From Limisphaerales bacterium (lineage in GTDB: Bacteria; Verrucomicrobiota; Verrucomicrobiia; Limisphaerales; JBGAJN01), in the NCBI GenBank assembly GCA_044224905.1, contig JBGAJN010000002.1, forward strand, positions 642,133 to 706,132: a DNA stretch of 64,000 bases, written 5' to 3'. The notes beneath the pieces are model-generated. The model ran no database searches, was not told the DNA's origin, and worked only from the letters and a program-made list of their open reading frames with translations. Both the position numbers and the translations under genes were made by a program. This document shows positions 1 through 7,681 of the stretch, one piece after another; the first letter of the stretch is position 1, and the number at the start of each line of letters is the position of its first letter.

Positions 1-13
1 CGGAGACATTTTC

Positions 14-928
14 ATGAAACTATTCCCCCGTCTGTTCCTCACGCTGCTCGTCGGCTGCGCGGCGTTGACCGCACAAGCCAAGCTCAATGTCATCGCCACC
101 ACGCCCGATCTCGGCTCCCTTGCCCGCGAAGTGGGCGGCAACCTCGTCGAGGTTCTCACCCTCGCGCGCCCCACTGAGGACGCGCACTTTGTCGATGCCA
201 AGCCCAGCTTCATCGTGAAGCTGAATCGCGCCGATGCACTCATCGAGGGCGGTGCGGAATTGGAGATTGGCTGGTTGCCGCCGCTGCTCGACGGCGCGCG
301 TAATCCGAAACTTGCCGCTGGTGCGCCGGGCCGCATTCGTTGCAGCCAGGGCGTGCAAATGCTCGAAGTGCCCTCGACGCTCGATCGCTCAAAGGGCGAC
401 ATCCACGCAGCGGGCAATCCGCACTATCTCATCGATCCGCTCAACGCGAAGATTGCCGCCGAGACCATCGCCAAAGCATTCGCGCAACTGGACCCGAAGT
501 CCTCCGACACGTATCAGGCGAACTTCCGGAAGTTCGCCGCCGCGTTGGATGCGAAGTTGGTCGAGTGGCAGAAGGCGCTCGAGCCATTCAAGGGCCAGCG
601 CATCGTGAGCTATCACAACTCGTGGCCGTATTTCTCGCAGCGTTTCGGTGTGAAGGTGGATTTGTTCCTCGAACCGAAGCCCGGCATTCCGCCCTCGGCG
701 GCGCACCTGGCGGAAGTGATCGCGCAAATGAAGGCTGGGAAAATCCGCGCGATCTTCGTCGAGCCGCACTTGAATCGTAAAACCGCCGATACCGTCGCCC
801 GCAACAGCGGCGCGGCGGTTGTGGAAGTCAGCCAGTTCCCCGGTGGCATCAAGGGAACCGAAGGCGGGTACCTTCCATTGCTCGACGCGATCGTGCGCGG
901 ACTGACCAAGGCGCTCGCAACCAAGTAA
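14..928 (+). CDS. Metal (Zn/Mn-type) ABC transporter substrate-binding protein, ZnuA/TroA family
   Basis: 304-aa ORF with a signal peptide (MKLFPRLFLTLLVGCAALTAQA). Family-typical segments VIATTPDLGSLAREVGG, DAHFVDAKPS, GNPHYLIDP and YHNSWPYF. The cognate permease gene follows directly. Confidence 0.8.
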   Translation: MKLFPRLFLTLLVGCAALTAQAKLNVIATTPDLGSLAREVGGNLVEVLTLARPTEDAHFVDAKPSFIVKLNRADALIEGGAELEIGWLPPLLDGARNPKLAAGAPGRIRCSQGVQMLEVPSTLDRSKGDIHAAGNPHYLIDPLNAKIAAETIAKAFAQLDPKSSDTYQANFRKFAAALDAKLVEWQKALEPFKGQRIVSYHNSWPYFSQRFGVKVDLFLEPKPGIPPSAAHLAEVIAQMKAGKIRAIFVEPHLNRKTADTVARNSGAAVVEVSQFPGGIKGTEGGYLPLLDAIVRGLTKALATK

Positions 929-942
929 CCGAAGGAACCTTT

Positions 943-1767
943 GTGGACATCGCCTGGGACATCATGAAGTGGCCGCTGCTGGCCTGCCTCCTCCTGCCGG
1001 GAATCCTCGTTTACTTCGGCCTGCACATCGTGCGGCGCGAGGTGATCTTCGTGGATCTCGCGCTCGCTCAAATCGCCACGCTCGGCACCAGTTGGTGCCT
1101 GATGCGCGGACACGACGTGCACGACCTGCACACGCACCTGTGGTCAATCGGTTTCACGCTCGTGGGCGCGCTGGTGTTCGCGTTGACCCGCGCCAAGGAA
1201 CATCATCGCGTGCCGCAGGAGGCGTTGATCGGGATTGTTTACGTTGTGGCTGCGGCGTCGGGGTTGCTGCTGCTCAGCCGCTCGACGGAGGGCAATGAAG
1301 AGCTGAAGAAAATGCTCATCGGCGACGTGCTCACTGTCTCGTGGCCGGAAATCTGGAAGACCTTCGGGCTCTACTGCGGCATCGCCGTGGTGCACGTGAT
1401 CTTCCGGCGACAGTTCTGCGCGGTGTCGTTCGAGCCGGAACGCGCTCGCAAGGAGGGAATGTCCATTCGTTGGTGGGATTTCCTCTTCTATTCGTTGTTT
1501 GGCCTCGTCGTTGTCAGCTTCGTGCAAATCGGCGGAGTGTTGCTCGTGTTCTCCTATCTGATCGTGCCCGCCGTCTGCGCCAACTTCCTGGCGCAACGCC
1601 TCGGGGCAATGCTGGCCATCGGCTGGGTGGTCGCCACGCTGGCCAGCGGCGGCGGTCTTTTCGCCTCGTATCAGCTCGATCTGCCCACGGGCGCAGCCAT
1701 CGTCTGCTCGTTGGGTGTGGCGCTGATCCTCGTGGCGATTATCGCGCGGTTCCGCAAGCCAGCTTGA
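943..1767 (+). CDS. Metal ABC transporter permease (ZnuB/TroC-like, ABC-3 family)
   Basis: 274-aa polytopic hydrophobic ORF starting 15 nt after the binding-protein stop. GTG start at 943; an in-frame ATG at 964 (MKWPLLACLLL...) is an alternative. No ATPase gene lies in the window. Confidence 0.7.
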   Translation: MDIAWDIMKWPLLACLLLPGILVYFGLHIVRREVIFVDLALAQIATLGTSWCLMRGHDVHDLHTHLWSIGFTLVGALVFALTRAKEHHRVPQEALIGIVYVVAAASGLLLLSRSTEGNEELKKMLIGDVLTVSWPEIWKTFGLYCGIAVVHVIFRRQFCAVSFEPERARKEGMSIRWWDFLFYSLFGLVVVSFVQIGGVLLVFSYLIVPAVCANFLAQRLGAMLAIGWVVATLASGGGLFASYQLDLPTGAAIVCSLGVALILVAIIARFRKPA

Positions 1768-2040
1768 TCAATACTGGTCAAGCAACGCGACAAATGCCCG
1801 TGGTGCTGCGGACCGCGGGTGGCCGCACTTTGGGATCAACCCCAAGGTGCGCTCGCCGCGTGGTTTACGCAGGCGCGCAACTTTGAAGAAAGGCTCGCAT
1901 AGGGGGCGGCGAACAGGTCAATGCTCTCGATAGTTGTGCGAGCGTTCCATGGGCTGGCGGGCCCATTCGAACGGGATGTGTTCCCGCACAGCGAACTAGA
2001 TTAGGCGGCGGATCGGAGCTGACGCCCAATCCGTTCAGAT
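1768..2040 (-). pseudogene. LysR-family regulator remnant (C-terminal effector-domain fragment only)
   Basis: Minus-strand translation ...KVARLRKPRGERTLGLIPKCGHPRSAAPRAFVALLDQY* parallels the C-terminus of the intact LysR gene (...VVRLREPRVERTLGLIARRGHPWSAAARAFVALLGTQ...). Nt 1782-1881 align without gaps to 11799-11898 at roughly 80% identity by eye. There is an in-frame TGA at 1918-1920. Weaker similarity continues upstream in another frame (HGTLAQLSRAL vs SGELETVRAL). No HTH region is present. The upstream limit is approximate. Confidence 0.55.
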
Positions 2041-2271
2041 GAACAAATCCTGCTGAATAAAACAACCTGATCTGCTGGCGACCGAAGGATATCGGTAGAT
2101 TAAATGGGGTTTATCACCCATTTCCAAAAACAGGGTGACGTGGATTTGGGAGATTTTGCCCACCTGCCAAGTCTTAGGTTTGACGATCAGAACACGTTCA
2201 AACGGTCTATTTTATTGGCGATTCCTTGCCTTACGGCTTGCTGGCACATCGTTCGCTGACCGCTAAGCGGT

Positions 2272-2751
2272 ATGAACCAACCTATACTGTTAGTGACGGT
2301 TGCCGGGTTGCTCGCCACTTGTGGCGTCGCTGCGGCAAGAGAACTAGAGTCGGGCGGTGGATCCAGCCGGCCAAAAATCCGGGAAGGCTACTATCTTTCC
2401 GGGCGCGGCGGAGAAGCTGAACGCAAGGAACGCCGCGAACGCCCTGAGCGTCCGGAGCGCCTTGAGCGTCCCGAGGTGGAGAAGGAAGTGCACGACCTCG
2501 TGAAAGAAGTTGAGGTCGAGCGCGAGCGCCACATCGAACGCGAACGCGAAAACGAAGCGCGCGACGCTGGCGAAGCGGCCCGTGAGTTGATTCGTGAACA
2601 GAAGCACGAAGCGGCACATGAGCAGCGCGATCGTCAACGCGACCTTCGTGATCACGCTCGGGAACGCGGTCGGGAGATCAAAAACGACTTGAACGAAGAC
2701 CTCAACAAAGTCGTGGACTCGACGCGCGAGTCAGGACGCGGCCGCCGTTAA
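2272..2751 (+). CDS. Small secreted Glu/Arg-rich protein of unknown function
   Basis: 159-aa ORF with a signal peptide (MNQPILLVTVAGLLATCGVAAA). The rest is highly charged low-complexity sequence (RKERRERPERPERLERPEVEKE..., EVERERHIERERENEARD). Confidence 0.5.
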   Translation: MNQPILLVTVAGLLATCGVAAARELESGGGSSRPKIREGYYLSGRGGEAERKERRERPERPERLERPEVEKEVHDLVKEVEVERERHIERERENEARDAGEAARELIREQKHEAAHEQRDRQRDLRDHARERGREIKNDLNEDLNKVVDSTRESGRGRR

Positions 2752-2786
2752 ACGCTGGAACCCAGCCAAACCGATCAAAACGAAGC

Positions 2787-2827
2787 GCACCGGGGCATCG
2801 ACATTCCACTCGTTCGGGCCCCGGTGC
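2787..2827 (+). terminator. Candidate stem-loop terminator after the E/R-rich gene
   Basis: Perfect 10-bp stem gcaccggggc (2787-2796) / gccccggtgc (2818-2827) with a 21-nt loop, 36 nt after the stop. No clear T-tract follows, so this is weak. Confidence 0.3.
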
Positions 2828-3093
2828 TGCTGAAACTGTAACTGTCTCCGCATGTTCACAGGAAAACTAACTCGCAAGCTCCGGTGCCGCTTTTCCGGAT
2901 TGGTTCGTGGACAGAACATCGCGACATGGTCGGTAGAAGTTGCGCCGACTTCCGAGACGACCGCACCGATGACCGGCCCGCACTTTGAGGAGCAACGAAT
3001 TCTGATCGCCGTAGCCGACGGCGGTTTCCCAGAATTCCCGTCCACCCAAAGGGAGGATGATTTCCTTGTCATTCGCCGCAGGGGATCCAGCTG

Positions 3094-4215
3094 ATGCAAC
3101 TTCACAACGGTTTGAGTATCGCCGCGAGCCTACTGCTGGCGACCGCGGGTGTTTCCGGAGGTGTTCCCATCGCCCAGCCCACAACCTCAGAGTCACCTTG
3201 GGATTTTACTGCCGAAGCATCCGTTGCCGGCGGCTATAAGGACAATCTTCTCCATTCCCATATCAACCGTGAAGCAAGCGCCTTCATCGAGACGGGATTG
3301 AGCAGTACCATCAGCCGCTCCGCCGCTGACGGAACGGAACTCAGCCTTCTGATCACCGGCGAGGATACCCGCTATCCAGGCGGACGAAACGTTCGCAAGG
3401 AACAGTCGGTGATTGTGCTCGCCAACGGGCGCCAATCGTTGGCTGAAAATTGGAGCATCGGCTTGAAGCCTCGATACCTCTACTTCGACCAAGTTTACGA
3501 CAGTTCAATAACCGAGACGAATCTCCTATCGCAGCCCACCAAGAGCCAGCAGTTTTCCATCAGCCCTGACGTCCGTTGGGAATTCGTCCAGCACTGGTTC
3601 CTTGGTCTGGAGATTCCGGTTATGCGACAGACATTCAACCGGGCGGATCTCGATCACTACTGGGAAGGTGGTCCCAAGTTTTCACTGAGTTACAGTTACG
3701 GACCGCGATCCGAAATCACGCTCTCCGCTTGGGCCTACGAACGTTTCTATGACTCACGCAATCAGTTTGATCAAACCGGAGCCGGTGTTCCCGGAACCCA
3801 CCTGCGTTACCGGATGGAAGCGATCGAACTCGAGAACGTTCACTACTTTGATCGGGCCCGGCATTGGCGCTCGCGGACCCGATTGGAGTACCTTCGCAAC
3901 ACCGACAACGGCTCCGACTGGTTCAGCTACCATCAATTCCTCGCTGCGGCCCAAGTGCGCTATCGTTCCAAACATTGGACCGCCGAACTCGCAGCGAAAG
4001 GCATTTACTATCAATACGACCGCCAGCTAGCCGGGCCAGCATTCGTTCAAAAGCGCCACCGCACGAACCTGGAGCTCCACGCACGGTTCGAACGTTACTT
4101 CTCCCAATCGTGGAAGATTTTTGCGGAATACAGTCATGAACAGTCGTTCTCGAATGAAATTCTGGACGACTACGGCGTGAACCGAGGGCTCGCGGGAGTG
4201 AGTTGGGAGTATTAA
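3094..4215 (+). CDS. Putative outer-membrane beta-barrel protein
   Basis: 373-aa ORF with a signal-like N-terminus (SIAASLLLATAGVSGG). Composition is Y/W/G/S/R-rich with alternating hydrophobic residues. It ends in an aromatic residue (...GLAGVSWEY), as is typical of barrel substrates. No family was recognised. Confidence 0.5.
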   Translation: MQLHNGLSIAASLLLATAGVSGGVPIAQPTTSESPWDFTAEASVAGGYKDNLLHSHINREASAFIETGLSSTISRSAADGTELSLLITGEDTRYPGGRNVRKEQSVIVLANGRQSLAENWSIGLKPRYLYFDQVYDSSITETNLLSQPTKSQQFSISPDVRWEFVQHWFLGLEIPVMRQTFNRADLDHYWEGGPKFSLSYSYGPRSEITLSAWAYERFYDSRNQFDQTGAGVPGTHLRYRMEAIELENVHYFDRARHWRSRTRLEYLRNTDNGSDWFSYHQFLAAAQVRYRSKHWTAELAAKGIYYQYDRQLAGPAFVQKRHRTNLELHARFERYFSQSWKIFAEYSHEQSFSNEILDDYGVNRGLAGVSWEY

Positions 4216-4275
4216 ATCCAGTCCCGGAAGGCAGCCCGGCCAAACCTCCAAAGTCACAAGCTGACAATTTTATCC

Positions 4276-6420
4276 ATGAAGCCAAACGTTCCAAAACTAC
4301 TCAACCGTTGGTTGCCACTCGCGCTGTTCACCTGTCTTACGTGGGCGCACTCAGTAACGGCAGTTAACTTTCCTCTCCGCTGGCGTTGGTCGAATCCCAG
4401 CCCTCACGGCAACAACATTGCGGACATGGTTTCGGGACTGGGAATTACCGTCCAAGTAACCGAACGCGGCCAACTATACGCCAGCAGCGACTTGTTGTTC
4501 TGGGAGCCGCTCATCAGCGGTGTCACCAACGGACTGCGGGCCACGGCGTTCCTTGGAGATCGCCTTCTGGTCACCGGAGACAATGGACTAATCCTATGGG
4601 CCGATTCGCTGGAATTCTTCCAGCCCGCCGCCATCTCACCAGCAACCACCGATTGGTTTGAAGGCATCGCTACCTCGGACATCCTCGCTGTCGCGGTGGG
4701 TGACAATTCGTCAATTTATACAAGTTCAACGGGCACGAATTGGACCAAGGTCAACGTCACCTTTCCCGGCACGCCATGGCTGACCGGCATCACGTGGGGC
4801 CCGGTTAACGGCTTTGTTGCCGTCGGTGAAAAAGGCTTCGTCGCGCGCAGTTCCAATGGCACCAGTTGGAACCAGCGCAACAGCGGCACGACCAATTTCT
4901 TAAACCGCGTGCGCTTCGTAAATGGCCGTTACTACGCCTTCGGTGACAACGGAACAATGATCAGTAGTCTCGACGGAAGCACCTGGTCAGCCCTCGCCTC
5001 GGGAATGACGAACGGCCTTTACGATGCAACGGGTGACGGAACCAACGCCGTTTTCGCCGGCGACCCGGAAGTTCGAGTCGGACCGGGATTCCCCCCAGCG
5101 CTCGTCGATGAAATCGCTGCCGTAGCCAACTCCAATCGCCCGCCACGGTGGACTTACTTCGCGGCAAATTGGTTGACGAATCAATTTCTGATCGCCGGAC
5201 GCACCGGCATGACGGTGCAGGGATTTAAAACCAACGCAGCCGACGCCAACTTCACTTGGCTCACGCATAGTGACCCGGTTCGCAATTGGCTATGGGACGT
5301 CGTGCGCCTGCCCGAGTTCTACGTCGCGGTCGGCGATTTCGGGACCATCCTCACCAGTGACGGCGGATTGAACTGGGATTTGGAAGTTACACCCCCGTCC
5401 GCCACGAACTCCGTTCTTCTCGGTATTGGCGGAACAACGAACACACTCGTCGCGGTAGGCAACAAGGGCACAATTCTTTACAGCCAGCGCGGGTTCACCA
5501 ACATCGTGGTCACGAACCTAGTCGGTTCCAACAGTTTCGTGCTCACCAACACCGTGAACACCCTCGGCTCCGTCTGGCAGTCCGTGCAGTCATCCCCCAC
5601 GACCAACGACCTTCACGGCATTGCCGTTTATGGAAATCTATTCGTCGCCTGCGGGGCCAATGGCACAATACTCACGAGCAGTGACAGCGGAACCAACTGG
5701 ACTCTCCGAGCTTCTGGCACGAACGCGTACCTCTCGAGCATCGCATCAACTAGTAACGGAGTTGTTGCCGTAGGCGCGCGCGGAACCATTCTCACCAGCA
5801 CCGACGGCATCACCGGTTGGATACCTATTCCAACCGGCTCGACGAATTGGATTTACCGAGTCCGCCAATTGGAAGACAAGCTGGTCGCCGTCGGCGAAAA
5901 CGGCACCATCTTCACCAGCCCCAATCGCACGACTTGGGCACCTCAAGCTTCAGGCACGACTTCATGGCTGAATGACGTGACGCGCATTACCGACACCAAC
6001 ACATTTTTCTTTGCCATCGGTACCCAAGGCACTGCATTGGCCAGCAGCAACGGCATCACGTGGACAAACATCGGCACGATCACGGGCAAAGCACTGTACG
6101 GCGCAGCTAACAATGGCGCGGGACAACTCCTCGCCGTGGGTGTCGAGGGCGCCATCTTACGCGCACAAACCACCTTGATTACCAACCAACCCAGGATCCT
6201 CAGCTACTCCCGTGGCGGATCGAACAATGCATTTTTGTTCGTTGGCAAACCGGATCAAAAGTTAAGTCTTGATCGAAGCGTTGATTTATCCAGCCCGACC
6301 AATTGGATTGCGGGGCCGCTGATCGAAGTGCTCGACCCCTCCGGGACTTCAGTCACTGTTGAACCCGCCGGCACCAACGAACCCCCGGCGAAATTCTTCC
6401 GGGTGCGCCTGGTTCAGTAG
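4276..6420 (+). CDS. Secreted BNR/Asp-box-like repeat (beta-propeller) protein
   Basis: 714-aa ORF with a signal peptide (LALFTCLTWAHSVTA). It has about 10-11 repeats of G-x-x-G-T-I-L-x-S-x-D-G-x-x-W type, e.g. GDFGTILTSDGGLNWDL, GANGTILTSSDSGTNWTL, GARGTILTSTDGITGW and GENGTIFTSPNRTTWA. Confidence 0.65.
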   Translation: MKPNVPKLLNRWLPLALFTCLTWAHSVTAVNFPLRWRWSNPSPHGNNIADMVSGLGITVQVTERGQLYASSDLLFWEPLISGVTNGLRATAFLGDRLLVTGDNGLILWADSLEFFQPAAISPATTDWFEGIATSDILAVAVGDNSSIYTSSTGTNWTKVNVTFPGTPWLTGITWGPVNGFVAVGEKGFVARSSNGTSWNQRNSGTTNFLNRVRFVNGRYYAFGDNGTMISSLDGSTWSALASGMTNGLYDATGDGTNAVFAGDPEVRVGPGFPPALVDEIAAVANSNRPPRWTYFAANWLTNQFLIAGRTGMTVQGFKTNAADANFTWLTHSDPVRNWLWDVVRLPEFYVAVGDFGTILTSDGGLNWDLEVTPPSATNSVLLGIGGTTNTLVAVGNKGTILYSQRGFTNIVVTNLVGSNSFVLTNTVNTLGSVWQSVQSSPTTNDLHGIAVYGNLFVACGANGTILTSSDSGTNWTLRASGTNAYLSSIASTSNGVVAVGARGTILTSTDGITGWIPIPTGSTNWIYRVRQLEDKLVAVGENGTIFTSPNRTTWAPQASGTTSWLNDVTRITDTNTFFFAIGTQGTALASSNGITWTNIGTITGKALYGAANNGAGQLLAVGVEGAILRAQTTLITNQPRILSYSRGGSNNAFLFVGKPDQKLSLDRSVDLSSPTNWIAGPLIEVLDPSGTSVTVEPAGTNEPPAKFFRVRLVQ

Positions 6421-6446
6421 GCAGAGGACAAAACGAAGAATTTGAG

Positions 6447-7556
6447 CTATTGCCCCTCGGCTTTCGTCCCCTTGTTGCCCAGAGCCGTCCGGTGGTCCGA
6501 GGACTTAGGCAAGAGTTTTGCCAACTGTGCGTCCAGCGCTGCAAACTTCGTTCCGTCGTGCTTCTTGCTGAACTGCTCGGCCAACCGCGTGATCTCGTTC
6601 GCGGCATTGGCGATTTCTTCGCTGTGGCCGGTGGTCAGCTTGAGTCCGGACGCGATGGTGACGGACTGACCGAACTCAGGAATTTTGAGGATCGCCTGGA
6701 GGTCGCGGATTTCCTCGATCAAATTCCGCACGCTTTGCGCGTGTTGCACCGCATAAGTGTAGCGTCCGTCGGGCAGGCGGAGGAAATTCCCGTTCTTATC
6801 AACCGGTGCGTCAGTACTGCGTGAAATGGCTTCCAGACTGTGCGAGAGGTGCAGGAGCTTGCCCGTAAGAAACAGCATCCGCTTGCGCGCCGCCGGAATC
6901 GGCTGAGGATCGTTGCTGTTGCTCTTCACCGGCTTGCCTTCACGGGCGACGAGGAAGTTGTGCTTCACTTCGCCGGAATACCAGGAGAGCAGTTCGAAGT
7001 TGTCCGAGAGCGCCGCGTGCCCCGCTTTGTTTACGAGCGCTTCGTCGTCGACCACGTGGCATTCGTAACAACTGTGGGCCATGTTGAAGACCGATTCCGG
7101 GTGCCGCATTCCCAACGAGAGAGCTTTTTCCACGCGTTCAGTCCGAGTCAGCGATTTGTTATTGTGAATCTCGATCCAACGTTCGCCGCCACCATGACAG
7201 GATTCACAACTGACGCCCGCGGTTGCTTGCACACCGCCGGACTGCTTTTCCTGGGTGAAGTGACAACGAATGCAACTTTCGCTGGTCGCAATGTCCTCGG
7301 ATTTGATGCCAATCGCTTTCGCCATTCTCTGCGCGGCTTCCGTGGTGGCTAAACGGGCAAATGACGTGGCGTGGGCGCTTTGCTCCCAGCTCTTGCCGAT
7401 GGACCCATGACAGTCGCGGCAGGTCTCAACCCCGACGATTCGTTCGGGTTCAATCGGCGCACGCTGGGCGCGACACCAGGCGCCAGTCGTTAGCAAAGCG
7501 GATGCGATGAATACAATAGCGGTCGGGCGGAGCAATCTTGGGTTGGTCACGGGCAA
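6447..7556 (-). CDS. Tetrahaem c-type cytochrome
   Basis: 369-aa ORF with a signal-like N-terminus and four CxxCH motifs (CRDCH, CIRCH, CESCH, CYECH). The TTG start is uncertain. Confidence 0.75.
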   Translation of the reverse strand: MPVTNPRLLRPTAIVFIASALLTTGAWCRAQRAPIEPERIVGVETCRDCHGSIGKSWEQSAHATSFARLATTEAAQRMAKAIGIKSEDIATSESCIRCHFTQEKQSGGVQATAGVSCESCHGGGERWIEIHNNKSLTRTERVEKALSLGMRHPESVFNMAHSCYECHVVDDEALVNKAGHAALSDNFELLSWYSGEVKHNFLVAREGKPVKSNSNDPQPIPAARKRMLFLTGKLLHLSHSLEAISRSTDAPVDKNGNFLRLPDGRYTYAVQHAQSVRNLIEEIRDLQAILKIPEFGQSVTIASGLKLTTGHSEEIANAANEITRLAEQFSKKHDGTKFAALDAQLAKLLPKSSDHRTALGNKGTKAEGQ

Positions 7557-7681
7557 TCAAGGGTTGGAAGTTGGTTCTGAGATTGGTTTTCAATTGAGCA
7601 TTGCAAGATGACTTGGAAATATTCAATTTATTTTATTAAATCTTGCTTGAACCACAACCAACCAACCACCGATTGCACTGA

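Noticed and set aside
1999-2010. The 12-mer gattaggcggcg is shared between the LysR-remnant region (1999-2010) and the left edge of the small-ORF cassette (50218-50229)
   Set aside because: Many chance 12-mer matches are expected between two strands of a 64-kb GC-rich window. There is no extended similarity around it.
2102-2123. 7-bp inverted repeat aaatggg-N8-cccattt downstream of the metal-transporter genes, considered as a possible Zur/Fur-type box
   Set aside because: It does not resemble known Zur or Fur consensus sequences. It lies downstream of the transporter genes rather than upstream, and it is short enough to occur by chance.
2731-3239. Several 60-124-aa ORFs on both strands in the gap between the E/R-rich gene and the barrel gene
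   Set aside because: They are mutually overlapping and have no signal peptides or motifs. The composition is atypical of coding sequence. I treated the gap as intergenic, containing the candidate terminator hairpin.
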